Part shown: one piece after another, positions 1-10,656 of the stretch | Layout of the letters: each line of letters starts with the position of its first letter | Position numbering within the stretch: position 1 is the stretch's first letter | IMG/VR virus record: IMGVR_UViG_3300028914_000062 | Coordinates: 32,001-96,000 of that record | Reading direction: 5' to 3' (one strand) | Length of the DNA stretch: 64,000 nt | Source: a virus | Lineage: Duplodnaviria > Caudoviricetes | The notes under the pieces: generated by a model | The model's input: the letters and a program-made list of their open reading frames with translations, nothing else | Told to the model about the DNA's origin: nothing | Database searches by the model: none | Program-made: the position numbers and the translations under genes

Positions 1-3000
1 TCGACGCACGCCGGAAATCATTACTTTATTGCCTCGTACAAACCAGCTCTTTTCGATAACCGTTTTCTTGCCTTTATCATTCAACTTACTGATATTCTTG
101 TTATAATGAATAAAGGCGCCCTTGTAAAACTTAACATCAACAACACCATGAGGTGTCAAAATGGTAACTATATGTTTATTATTATCCGTATCAATAACCG
201 TACCGACTATGTTTTCGATTTTATATACGTCAAATTCTTTGCCTTGCTTATTCACACGCTTGCCAACAGGCTGTAAATCCTCCGGCAAACTATTAAAGTT
301 GACCAAGTTGTAAGCAGAACTTGACATTTTTGCCAATTCGTGATCATGATAATAGTAATGCAAAGAATTCATTTCCCAGGTGCTTACAGTGCCTTCGCAG
401 TACTTCTCCCAAATATCGTCAATGAAGGTGGCAATTTCGCCCTCGTAATACTTGGTTCGACCCTCATCAGAGTTTAACCATTCCATTAATTGGCTCAATT
501 TGGCAGTAATTACTTTGTTAAATATAGACTGTTTTATCTGAATTACACCATCGGGCATAACATTATAATCTTTGGTCTTCATATCATCCTGTAGATAATT
601 CTGGAAGAAAGTAATGCCATCTTCATCAGAAAGTTCCATCATTTTCGTCTCAACTTTTAGCTGATTGGCTTCGCACCATTTTTTGAAAGCGAAAGTTCGA
701 ATCGCTAACTCATATTCTTGAGGAATGATTTTAAAACTAATGGCTTTTTCCAGGTTGGCAGTTGTTATCTTATCCTTCTTGGTATACTTCTGTTCAGCAA
801 GAAAACGTAAAAACGTTCTCATTGCAACATGACGAGAAGCATAAAGCTTGTCGAAACAACCCGCTTTAATCAGCGAAATCATTTGCACATTGGTCGGCTG
901 GATCTTCGTCCAAAAATCTTGAACCGAAGTGTATGGTCTATTTTGTACAATTTTCTGCGCCAATTCAGTATTGACATTGGTAATTGCTAACAAACCATAT
1001 ACAATTGAGTGATTCTCTATATCGGGGAAGAACTCTAAATGAGCGCGATTAATATCCGGTAAATCAACTTGATATCCATAGCCCTTAAGATCTCCAATAG
1101 CCTTGGCTATCTTTCCATAGTTAGTAGTTGCTACCGCTCGCTTACCAGAATTCTCAGACTCAACCTCTTCATCAGAAACCGTCTCTTCCTCTTCGTCTCC
1201 AAAGGCTTCTTGCATATCTACGTCAGTATCGCCGCCTGCGGTAACAGTTAAAACCGCACAGGCCCAATACATCGGATCGTAGAAACAAGCCAGGTTGGCT
1301 TCCTGTAAAGCTATTAAAGAATAAGCGTGAGAATGTATTGAACAGAAAGAATATGCCAATTGAACTTTAATGCAACTCTCCCAAACAAAGTCTGCAAAAG
1401 GTTTAGACACCTTGTTGTCTGCACACTTCTTAAAGTAGAGCTCTTCTAAGCCGGCAACTTCTTTCATTATCTTCTTTGCAAGTATCTTCCTTGCATGATT
1501 TGCTTCAGCCAAAGTAAAGCAAGATATGTGAGGATCCATCAGAACCAACATCAGGGTCTCTTGCTGAGTGCACATATAGTGTGTTTTCTTCAACAGGGGC
1601 CGCAGAATTTCGATTTCCTCATCAGTAACGCCTGCATTTTTGGCATCTTTTTCCCATTCAGAGGGGTCGTTTTTATATCTAAACAGAGTATCAATCGGTT
1701 GCTCCGTATTGGGACTCTGCAGTCTCATTGTATCGTTAACCAGACCAAGTTCAGATATAGAGGTAGGACGGATTTTTTTAATGCACTCACGGCCCACTTT
1801 GGAGTCGCCAAACTGGAAAAGCGAAATGACTTCGCCATTTGCCATTTTCTCCCACATGGTTTTATCTGTCTGGTTGAGAACATCAGGATGCAAGTATTTG
1901 TTATAGGTTGCTCTCAACGAACCTTGCCACTCCATCGCTCCGCCCTCAAGCATCAGTTGAACGCACTTTTGGATTTTGCTCATAGCATCAGTTACGAGCA
2001 AGTCTTCTTTAAGTGCTCCAAGTTTATCACTTGCTTTCATATTGAACATGGTCATAGGCGTTCCATTAGGAGCTCTTAATAGGCTATTGTGCTCCAAGTA
2101 GCCCTCTTCACCAGAGAAGACATATACAGACGAAGCGTGCTGACCTCTACCACACCACAATCCTTCGAGTTGTTGCACAGTCTCAAAGAGTCTAGGATAA
2201 CTTTTAAGAGCAACTTCAAAGTTGGGGACGGCAGGGAGCTCTCGTTCTTCGTCACCGTTTAAGCATTGTTCAAAGGTGTATTGTATCCCTCGAACCGCTG
2301 GAACCAGCGCTGCCAATGCCTGTGCCTCATCATTAGAAATGTTTCCAAGACCTCTGCAACTATTGATTATAGCCGACTTTAAGGTCATTGTCTTAATGGT
2401 AAGTGTCTTAAGAACCTTATTAGCTCCATAATGTTGGCGCATTAATTCAATGATCTCATCGATTTTGACATTATTAAAGTCAGAGTCTATATCGGGAAGC
2501 TCGCCGCCACCTTTGACGTGACCTTGTTCATCCTTCTGAATACGAGAAAGATTTAAGAAGCGCCACTCAACCAATCCATACTGAAGAGGATTAAATTGAG
2601 TAATACCAAGTAGATAGTTTATTAAAAATCCTCCGGAGCTACCTCTACCAGGTCCGACAAAAGAAACGTTCCAAGCGAGGTCGAGAATATCTCTTGTAAG
2701 CAGTTCATAAGAACTCAGTCGTTGTCCAAGAGCATCACTTATTCCCCAAAGTATCTCAAACTCAGTATTTAATCTACTCAAAACCTCGAAAGTCGTACCG
2801 ATAAGCTTCAACTGAGGACTTGTCTCAATTAAATAATACAAATATCTATCGGCTTCAAACTCCGAATGAGCAAACTTTTCAATAAAGGGATATTGAGCAA
2901 AATACGGCGCCAGAGCATAAGTCGGAGTAAACTCCGGAATTACAATCTGGGGCACTTCCGTATTTGCTTTAATATCATAGTCTTCCACCTGAGCGGTAAT

Positions 3001-3840
3001 CTCAAGTGTATTCGTGAGACCAAGAGATGTCTGCTCTCTGGTAACTCCCGATTTCTCCATGAGATCATAAATCTCTTCCTCGGTCATCAAATAAGTGTAA
3101 GCGTAGAAGTCGCCCACTTCTCGATCTGATTCATCACGACTGGAGATAAATGCCTCATGTACTGAACGATCTTCTTTATTCAGATAATGAACGTCAGTAG
3201 TAATAATATATTTAATTCCAAAGTGCTTGGAAAGAGCTATCAAAATTGGATTGACAATTTTTGCTGCGTCTGTATCGGCCGGCTGCAACTCAATATAACA
3301 ATTGTTTGCGCCGAAAGTTCTCTTTAGCCAAGGCAGATACCAGTTAATAAAATCGGAATCTCTGGCAAGAATGGCTCGATCCAGAGCAGAGCCGAGACAG
3401 GCGGAGCTGGCAATTAAATGTCCCTTATTGGGGGCCACGATTTCTTCTAAATCGGAGTAAAAGGTAGGTACTCTCCACTGCCCTTTACTAAAATACGCTC
3501 GGTCCCACGCACGAGAACTGATGTGACGAATTTGGTCGTGACCAATCTTATCCTTTGCAATCATCAAGAAATGCGGAAAGACAGAAGTCACCTTATAGTC
3601 TTCCGGTTTAATCAAGTACGATTCGATACCCAACGCAATTTTGAAATTGGGATTATCCTTGCGGATTTTATCTCTCAGCTCAAGTACATCTACGTGGTTT
3701 GCTATTATTTCATGGTCTGTGATTGCAACGCCGCCAAGACCCATCTCAATCGCCTTATTTATAAGATCTTTAGGTCTGACAATGCAATCTAGTAATTTGA
3801 GGTTTGATGCCTCGGTGTGACAGTGTAATGAAGAATACAT
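1..3840 (-). CDS. dnaE: DNA polymerase III alpha subunit (DnaE-type), runs off the left edge
   Basis: Starts MYSSLHCHTEASN..GVAITDHE (PHP domain); GPGRGSSGG and LPDIDSDF polymerase motifs; frame open to position 1 and no minus-strand ORF breaks in the track, so TAG-free over 1280 codons. Confidence 0.93.
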   Translation of the reverse strand, partial: MYSSLHCHTEASNLKLLDCIVRPKDLINKAIEMGLGGVAITDHEIIANHVDVLELRDKIRKDNPNFKIALGIESYLIKPEDYKVTSVFPHFLMIAKDKIGHDQIRHISSRAWDRAYFSKGQWRVPTFYSDLEEIVAPNKGHLIASSACLGSALDRAILARDSDFINWYLPWLKRTFGANNCYIELQPADTDAAKIVNPILIALSKHFGIKYIITTDVHYLNKEDRSVHEAFISSRDESDREVGDFYAYTYLMTEEEIYDLMEKSGVTREQTSLGLTNTLEITAQVEDYDIKANTEVPQIVIPEFTPTYALAPYFAQYPFIEKFAHSEFEADRYLYYLIETSPQLKLIGTTFEVLSRLNTEFEILWGISDALGQRLSSYELLTRDILDLAWNVSFVGPGRGSSGGFLINYLLGITQFNPLQYGLVEWRFLNLSRIQKDEQGHVKGGGELPDIDSDFNNVKIDEIIELMRQHYGANKVLKTLTIKTMTLKSAIINSCRGLGNISNDEAQALAALVPAVRGIQYTFEQCLNGDEERELPAVPNFEVALKSYPRLFETVQQLEGLWCGRGQHASSVYVFSGEEGYLEHNSLLRAPNGTPMTMFNMKASDKLGALKEDLLVTDAMSKIQKCVQLMLEGGAMEWQGSLRATYNKYLHPDVLNQTDKTMWEKMANGEVISLFQFGDSKVGRECIKKIRPTSISELGLVNDTMRLQSPNTEQPIDTLFRYKNDPSEWEKDAKNAGVTDEEIEILRPLLKKTHYMCTQQETLMLVLMDPHISCFTLAEANHARKILAKKIMKEVAGLEELYFKKCADNKVSKPFADFVWESCIKVQLAYSFCSIHSHAYSLIALQEANLACFYDPMYWACAVLTVTAGGDTDVDMQEAFGDEEEETVSDEEVESENSGKRAVATTNYGKIAKAIGDLKGYGYQVDLPDINRAHLEFFPDIENHSIVYGLLAITNVNTELAQKIVQNRPYTSVQDFWTKIQPTNVQMISLIKAGCFDKLYASRHVAMRTFLRFLAEQKYTKKDKITTANLEKAISFKIIPQEYELAIRTFAFKKWCEANQLKVETKMMELSDEDGITFFQNYLQDDMKTKDYNVMPDGVIQIKQSIFNKVITAKLSQLMEWLNSDEGRTKYYEGEIATFIDDIWEKYCEGTVSTWEMNSLHYYYHDHELAKMSSSAYNLVNFNSLPEDLQPVGKRVNKQGKEFDVYKIENIVGTVIDTDNNKHIVTILTPHGVVDVKFYKGAFIHYNKNISKLNDKGKKTVIEKSWFVRGNKVMISGVRR

Positions 3841-3868
3841 CCTATGTCTCCTTTCTTAATCTTTAATA

Positions 3869-3897
3869 ATTATAACACGGCATCGAATATTTGTCAA
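3869..3897 (-). promoter_or_regulatory. sigmaA/sigma70-type promoter upstream of dnaE
   Basis: TTGACA-17bp-TATAAT perfect consensus with TG extension; preceded by GTGAAATAACGC motif. Confidence 0.8.
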
Positions 3898-3944
3898 GCG
3901 TTATTTCACGTTTTTTCAAAAAATTCGATGCCGTCCAATAATGA

Positions 3945-4937
3945 TTAAAAATCGAACTTGAATTTCTTCGGAGCATAGCTCGTAGTTGCCTGCGTGCTTA
4001 AGTAATGCTCCATAACCTTTTCATGATTTTCAATTCCTTCCCACTTATTCAAACACTCATAAGTGGAATTTTGCCTTGTCCATAAAGAGTGATATGGACA
4101 AAGTCTTTTACCTTCTTCGGGCTGATTGGGGTTGGTTGCACTAAACGGACACCAATAGCAAAGCGGAGAGGGGCTCGGAGTCCAGTCTTGCTTATCAATA
4201 TTAGCAAGATTTTTCTCAATTTTAGTCATTCCACGCTTTAACCAGCCTTTTGTGCCTGCACTTTGGCGCATATCACAGAATGGAAGGTCGTAATTAAATA
4301 AAATCATTGTTTCATCCGGATCGACCTACTATATATTGTATATAGACAAAGCGTAGACCACAAGCTGTAGTGGTGTCTTGGTATCCTTTTCATCGAATGG
4401 ACGGTCTCTCGTCTTAATATCCTCGATAAGATATTTATTTTCGTCTTTATACTTCCAAAGTCTATCAATGAAGCCTTTGAAGACGGTATTGGCGAAAGTA
4501 AACTCGAAATATTTTTCGACTGCGACCAGTTCAAGTTCAGGATGCTCCTTAGCAAAGTTCTCCAATCTATAAATGCCTTCGTTAAGGTAATTTGCACATT
4601 TGACTGCGTAGCAAGATCCGCGAGCGTCTCGCTCAAAATAGGGGGTGGGATATTTCTGCTTGAGTATGTCCAAACCGTAAATACCACCACTCTGATCAAA
4701 GGGGCTGGTCTTGGGAATATTAATATGCTGGAACTGATCTTTTAAGTTCTCATAATCAATCGGCTCTCCATTAATAATACACTGACCAATCTGCTCTTCG
4801 ATATGGTGAACGAGAGTACCCAGATCTATTGCAATCGACGGCTGATCGATAAAATGTTTATCCTCGTATTTAAGTTTGTAAGCCCAGGGACAGTTGACGT
4901 ACTGATTAAGACGAGAATAAGAAAACTTAGGTTTCAT
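3945..4937 (-). CDS. PD-(D/E)XK (RecB/AddB/Cas4-like) nuclease, 330 aa in code 15
   Basis: SYSRL..C.W, GTLVH, FKGFIDRL, IEDIKT, QLVVYA motifs and C-terminal CxxCP..C; two adjacent TAGs join ORFs 4329-4937 and 3945-4307 in frame. Confidence 0.88.
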
Positions 4938-4951
4938 AGGCCTCCATTCCC

Positions 4952-5308
4952 TTACTCTAATGTATACTTCCGATCAGAAAAACTATTATATATCCTTTTA
5001 ACTAACGCCTGCTCTTCGGGAAGAATTACCGGCACATATTTTAACAGTCCTGTCTTTTCGTCAGTTACCTTACGAACAATATGAAATACAAGATGATAAT
5101 CCGGAGGGTCGGGCTCTTCATCCTCGTCATATTCATAAGGGTCATTATCCTCAATAGGTTCATAGCTCGTAAGTATCAAGTAAGTCTAAAAATTAATATT
5201 CAGCGTCTCTTCGACGAAGAATTCCTGGGTGGTCCCATCCTCTAAGACAAACTCTAAATATTTGTCTTCGTCCGGACGATCCTCATAAACGTAATCATCT
5301 GGTCTCAA
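4952..5308 (-). CDS. DUF1292-like acidic small protein (one TAG)
   Basis: TTG start after AAAGGAAG; ORFs 5186-5476 and 4952-5179 join in frame via TAG; LEDGTTQEFFVEETL..TYLIL pattern. Confidence 0.6.
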
Positions 5309-6431
5309 AGAGAACACTTCCTTTCTTAACCCTCGCTGAAACGGTAACTGGATTGATACGGATCTTTTGTGCCAACAGTCTTTCCAGAGTTTCTTTTCCT
5401 CTATCGGCCGGACTATCTTTATACCCAACCAAACCATTGTAATCAAAGACCACATTCGTATCCATATACTTTGCAAAGGGCTGTATAATCTTTAATAATT
5501 TTGTTTCATAACTTTTAGTAAGTATCGAATTTCTATCCAAATCATTTTCTCTATCGAACGCAAGGGTAATCTTTTCCACTCCCAGACTTAATAGCAAATC
5601 AATTTGCTCGGTTGAGAGTGAAGAACCGCAACAAGCCACTGCGTAATTATTGCCGGGATAATATCCTTCACAAAGAAGAACACTTTTCTCCGCTTCAAAA
5701 ACAACGGCTTTCTTGAGGCGCCTAATTGTATCCTTGTTTTCATACAGTCCATAAAGATTGCGTCCAAGAGGGTGCTTATAGACGTTGCCTTCGACACAAA
5801 TCGGCATATACTTTCTGCCATTTTCGAGGTCATTTTCGTCAAAACTGCGTCCTCTTATTCCCACTAATCGACCGTTTATATCTCGATGAGGAATAATAAT
5901 CTTCCAATTCCCTGTGTCCACTCGAATACCAAACTTGAGCATCGCTTTGGCGGTTATACCTTCTTTAAGCCATTCATAAGGAACGGCTGGGCTACCAAAT
6001 AAGTCAAGTATGTTTTCTTGTATTGCCGGGAGTTGCTCAACGTTGGTTCGGGTTTTATCATTATCGAGTCTTTGAAGAATGTCCCAATCAGGTGTTAAAG
6101 TAACAACCTTTTCCTCAAAGCCGCTAAAAATATCAAGCCCAAAGTAGCGCTGAAGAGTCAGATATGATTGATAAAAATCACAATTACATACTTTAGAAAT
6201 GAGCCCATATATATCAAATGAGGCACTGCATTCAGTATAACAGTGAAACATCATTGACTCGGGGTAATAATATAACTTATAACTTCCTTCTCCAGGAGCA
6301 TTATGACATCTGGTCCTGAAGATCAGGTTGCCTTCGCCATCGGTTTTATAATCTCCGGCTTCAAGGCCCACAGATACAAATTGAGCAATTTGTTCAGTTG
6401 TAAGTTTCTGCTTCAATTCTGCCGGTGTCAT
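5295..6431 (-). CDS. dnaG: DNA primase (Zn-binding plus TOPRIM domains)
   Basis: CH..CYTEC zinc site, IIIPHRDINGRLVGIRGR, VVFEAEKS, ITLAFDRE, KDSPAD; TAG-free. Confidence 0.9.
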   Translation of the reverse strand: MTPAELKQKLTTEQIAQFVSVGLEAGDYKTDGEGNLIFRTRCHNAPGEGSYKLYYYPESMMFHCYTECSASFDIYGLISKVCNCDFYQSYLTLQRYFGLDIFSGFEEKVVTLTPDWDILQRLDNDKTRTNVEQLPAIQENILDLFGSPAVPYEWLKEGITAKAMLKFGIRVDTGNWKIIIPHRDINGRLVGIRGRSFDENDLENGRKYMPICVEGNVYKHPLGRNLYGLYENKDTIRRLKKAVVFEAEKSVLLCEGYYPGNNYAVACCGSSLSTEQIDLLLSLGVEKITLAFDRENDLDRNSILTKSYETKLLKIIQPFAKYMDTNVVFDYNGLVGYKDSPADRGKETLERLLAQKIRINPVTVSARVKKGSVLFETR

Positions 6432-6453
6432 AATTTACTCCTTTCTGATTAAT

Positions 6454-8010
6454 TTAGAATTCAAATCCGAAATTGTCAGCTTGATCGTAGATGACTTCTA
6501 CGTCAACACCTTTAATATCGGTTAAAATATTTCCTTCATTGTCGGTTACAAAGCAATCTGTAATACGACAAGTTGATCTATCAAAATATACATACAGACG
6601 AACGTTGGTGTGTTGACCTCGCCTGACTTTATATATGTGCAATACGTGAGTAGGTCTCAAAGTAAAACCCTTGCTCAAATAACTGTCGATAACATCCTTA
6701 TCTGCTTCTCGAACAGGCAACATAATTGTACCTATATCAACTTTATCGGAGATAGATTTTGCACCACGAAGCAACTGTTGGTCGGCCTCTTTAACCGTTT
6801 TCCAATCGCCACTTAACTGCGTCGCCGTCGAGATAAAAATCCCCAGCTGATTGCACAAATCTTTTAATCTGGTAGTAAACATAAGTAAGATCTGATCTTC
6901 ACGAAGGTTGCTAATGCGAGATTTCATCGCGCCTTCAGACATAATCTTGATCGTGGTCGCGAGGTAATCGTAATATACATAGTTCACACCATAGTTCTGC
7001 CAGTACTCTTTAATCAAATTCTCTATATCGTCCATATCATAATTGCTAATTTGCACAAAATATAGGGGAGAATTCTCAATGAGTTTGGCAGCTTTATCTA
7101 CTCGCTGCTCTTCATCATCATAATATTTACCATCCAAGATATGATGCTCTGGCACGCCGGAAACGGTTGCAAGATACATTGTCTGCACTTCATCGAGTTC
7201 GAGCTCAGTGGAAATATACAAAACAGGGTTGCACATATTGGTTGTAACCCATTTTCTCTTAATGGTATCATAATATTTTGGGACCGCAATACGAGCTGAC
7301 TCGCCAATCATTCTACGAGTTTTACCAACACCCTGTGCAGAAGATTCAAGATAAAGTTTCTTTAATCTCTGACCGCTATATAAAGAGGTTAAGATCGGTG
7401 AAGTTAAGGGCAAGCCAATACTTGGCTACTGTTTTAGTTTCTCTTTCAGCTCGCGTATATTATCACCAGCCATGGCGTTAACCACAGTATCAGTGCACTG
7501 AAAAGCGTGTTTGATTGTAGCAAGCTTCGTATCAAACTTATTTGCGATATCGTCGATTGTCATTTCGTCAAATCGGCGCTGCATTTCAGCTTCCTAATTC
7601 GGGTCCAGAAGAGTATCGTCATAGATGCTAGAAGTGTCAAAACCTTCTTTTTGCAAAGCATTTAGCATACTATGTTTCTTCATCAGATTATAATAATAAT
7701 CAAGCTTGGTCTCATCTGCCAGTTCAATCGCCTTAACAACATAATCGTCTCCGCGATTATCGGTATAAACTTTATACTGAACAGGATATTGTGTTAAAAA
7801 CTCGCGAACATCAGCGACTGTAATGGTCTGGAGACCCTTCATAGCCAGATATTCAACGGCTCCATACACAATTCTGTGAAACTGACCAACAAAATCATCT
7901 ATATTGAATTTATATTTATCACTACGCAAAAGTAGTGGATTTTTTAGTAAGCAAGCGATGACCTGCAACATGGCCATCGGGTTTTGCTTAGGTTGTATTG
8001 TATTGGCCAT
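6454..8010 (-). CDS. dnaB: Replicative DnaB-like helicase, 518 aa in code 15
   Basis: Walker A SAQGVGKTR, LYISTE, YDYL, TATQL, LRGAKSISDK, KVRRG; N-terminal ORF (from ATG 8010) and ATPase ORF 6454-7413 are in the same frame, linked by 2 TAGs. Confidence 0.9.
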
Positions 8011-8011
8011 T

Positions 8012-8476
8012 TCACAGATCCTCCATGTTGAATTTGGGTTTTCGCATTTCATTGACCGGATTTTTTATGGTAACGTGCGTAACATCGGTATTTATGGGTT
8101 TTTGCATATTGCGTTCCATCAGTGCCATACGTTCCATATAATATTGTCTTGCTTCGTCATACTTATATTTAATGACATACAGTCCGTACTCGGGAGTGGG
8201 CTTCATGCCCTCAATCTCGTAACAATAATAGAGCGTATACATCATTCCTGAATATTGTTTGCCTTCCTTGGCATACTTATCAATCATGATTTTCCACTCA
8301 GCGGGTACATCATTGAGTCCGAAAACCTTTTTGATGTACCCGCATAATTGACTGTAATCTTGCTCCTGAGCTCGGATCTGATCGGTCATAGCCTGGTAGC
8401 AATTGGGACAATATTTTTTTCCAGCAAGTGTTAATGGAGTTTCTGTGCGTTGCCCACACTTACTACAGGTTGCCAT
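8012..8476 (-). CDS. Zinc-finger protein (CxxC..CxxC), possible replication accessory factor
   Basis: MATCSKCG..YCPNCY; lies between the AAA ATPase and helicase genes; TAG-free. Confidence 0.6.
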   Translation of the reverse strand: MATCSKCGQRTETPLTLAGKKYCPNCYQAMTDQIRAQEQDYSQLCGYIKKVFGLNDVPAEWKIMIDKYAKEGKQYSGMMYTLYYCYEIEGMKPTPEYGLYVIKYKYDEARQYYMERMALMERNMQKPINTDVTHVTIKNPVNEMRKPKFNMEDL

Positions 8477-8483
8477 GGGTTAA

Positions 8484-9518
8484 TTACAGACCGGCTTCTT
8501 CGAGACCGGCAAGAAGTACTTCGAGCTGCTCTCTCTGAGCTTCAGTGGCATCCATGGCACGGAATTCCTTCGTACCAAGAACGCTGCCCATTACATCATA
8601 ATACTTATCGATGTTGCCACCGTTGGCTTCACCTATAGCGGTGACTTTGTTGCCAATGGCTTCGATAATCTCACTGATGGGGCGCTTAGCCTGGGCCTCT
8701 TTTGCAGCTTTGGTCTGCTCTTTCTTAACCGCCTGATCGACGGTAATGGTCTTCTGACCAGATTCTTTGGCCTTCATATCAATGGCATTGATTAAAGCCT
8801 GCTCAAGCTTTTCGAGGCTCCAATCCTCTATATAAGGAGGCATATAATCAAAGTTGGTACCAGCATGGAACGCAGGCGAACCATCGAGGAAGAGAGTGGA
8901 CTTCATCGGCTGGCCAGCAGGAGCCGGAGCAACCTTCGCGTAACCTATGATATTGCACAGGTTGCAGATGGGATCGATAACTCTCTTATCGCCAGCAGGG
9001 TATATCTTAGTATATTTCTGACCAGTCTCATCGAGGAACTCGCGCTCGGTCTCGTGAGTAATATAGATTACAAGATAGCCAGCGGCATTGAGAGTGGTAT
9101 TGATGGCTCTGAGGTGTCTCTCGATTTCAGTCGAGAACTCTTTCCAAAGGCCATAACCTCTGTTACCATCGTTAACTCTTGCGACGCCATAGGTGGCGCA
9201 AATGAAGTCGGCACAGAGCATACCCATCGAGTCAGCACCGTCAATTATAACGGTAGAGTAAAGCTCCTTGGCTTTCTCAAAGGTAGCCGGACCAGTGAGC
9301 TGCTTAACGAAGCTCTGCCAATCGGCCCACTTCTGGATCTTAACATTCGGAATACCGCCAATGGCGGCAAGACCATTTTCAAAGCAAGCAACTATAGGCT
9401 TTTTGGCCTTTATAGCGTTTGCAGTTTTGCCAGTTCTATTGGTGCCATAGAGAAGAATACTCTTACCCTGCAGACCACGAACGACTTCCGAAACTTCGGG
9501 ATTAAAAATATCTACCAT
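8484..9518 (-). CDS. AAA_24/Sak4-like ATPase (single-strand annealing/recombination)
   Basis: LLYGTNRGKT-type Walker A (LLYGTNRTGKT), VIIDG Walker B, ITHE; adjacent to SSB; TAG-free. Confidence 0.8.
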   Translation of the reverse strand: MVDIFNPEVSEVVRGLQGKSILLYGTNRTGKTANAIKAKKPIVACFENGLAAIGGIPNVKIQKWADWQSFVKQLTGPATFEKAKELYSTVIIDGADSMGMLCADFICATYGVARVNDGNRGYGLWKEFSTEIERHLRAINTTLNAAGYLVIYITHETEREFLDETGQKYTKIYPAGDKRVIDPICNLCNIIGYAKVAPAPAGQPMKSTLFLDGSPAFHAGTNFDYMPPYIEDWSLEKLEQALINAIDMKAKESGQKTITVDQAVKKEQTKAAKEAQAKRPISEIIEAIGNKVTAIGEANGGNIDKYYDVMGSVLGTKEFRAMDATEAQREQLEVLLAGLEEAGL

Positions 9519-9553
9519 AAAGTATCATCCTTTCTCAAAATTCTTATATATAA

Positions 9554-10654
9554 TTACCAAGAAACGGTAGGCTTGGAATTAGAGACGGAGGGAGCGGTGG
9601 TAGTGTTTTCAAAACCCCACGGCGGAATATTGTCTTCCTCTTCCTCGACCACAGGAGTGGCCATAACAGGAGGCTGGGCAGGGGCAGCAGGAGCAACAGG
9701 CTTCGCAGGAGCGGTAGCCGTAGGCATACTGAATGCCCAATTCTTATTCTGACCCTGCGGCATCGCAGGAGCAGAGGGCTTAGCAGAGTTTTTCTGAGCC
9801 TCTGCGACTCTTTCAGCAACGGCAACTTCTCTCTTGGCAAGAAGATCTCTCATCTCGTCAATCTGGAAAGCGGTCGGATTGTCGGAGTCGACAGGATAGG
9901 CGCCACCAGTAACAATAAGCTCGTGAGTGAATACGGTTTCAGTCGTACCTTCAATGCCGGTACCGAAAGCCATAGGAGCCGCTTCTTTCTTGACAACAGA
10001 ATAAGAATTGACAAGATAACCAGCTATACGAGCAGTCATCTGAGGGGCATAGAGGTTCGCGGCCTGATCGACAAGAGTCGGCTCATTCACTACGAACTTA
10101 AGGATCGAAGCGCCCTGCGACGAATAAGGCTCGGGTACAACACCTATTATTTTAACATTATTGCCTTCGGGATCAACCTGAACGGCTTTAACCATGCACT
10201 CAACATCAAAAGTGGAGTGAGGATTAAACGGATGCGCCGCATCAATAGTCTTGAAGCCAAAGCTAAAAGCACGGATGCTATAGTCATAAGCTTCGGGAGC
10301 GTTGCCGCGAATATATTCCTGAAGGGTACCGATTACGTAAACCTTGCTGGCCACTTCTGCGGCGGCATTAAACGTAAGGTCTTTGTTGGAATTAAGCGCG
10401 GTCGCTATAGTGCTGGTGTACTGCGGGAGCATCTTTACAAGTTTCGCGTACTGAGCGTTCTCGCCCACGACATTACCCTGAGCATCGCGCTTCTGCTTGC
10501 GAACATAAATCTGCGTACGGATGGAATTGTGCTCATCAAGAGCAACGATAACGCTACCGGAGACGACGTCGTCGCCAGATTCGGTGCGTTTCGCTTCGAG
10601 ATTGTTTTCTCTAAGATAACCTTCAATAACTACTTTGTTTACAAATTCTCTCAT
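9554..10654 (-). CDS. Single-stranded DNA-binding protein (tandem OB folds, acidic/Pro-rich tail)
   Basis: NKVVIEGYLRE start, second OB-like segment, C-terminal EEEEDNIPPW; TAG-free. Confidence 0.7.
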   Translation of the reverse strand: MREFVNKVVIEGYLRENNLEAKRTESGDDVVSGSVIVALDEHNSIRTQIYVRKQKRDAQGNVVGENAQYAKLVKMLPQYTSTIATALNSNKDLTFNAAAEVASKVYVIGTLQEYIRGNAPEAYDYSIRAFSFGFKTIDAAHPFNPHSTFDVECMVKAVQVDPEGNNVKIIGVVPEPYSSQGASILKFVVNEPTLVDQAANLYAPQMTARIAGYLVNSYSVVKKEAAPMAFGTGIEGTTETVFTHELIVTGGAYPVDSDNPTAFQIDEMRDLLAKREVAVAERVAEAQKNSAKPSAPAMPQGQNKNWAFSMPTATAPAKPVAPAAPAQPPVMATPVVEEEEDNIPPWGFENTTTAPSVSNSKPTVSW

Positions 10655-10656
10655 AA

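Noticed and set aside
1-3840. Intein or intron in dnaE
   Set aside because: Frame is continuous, length is ordinary for DnaE, and no splicing or homing-endonuclease motifs were noticed
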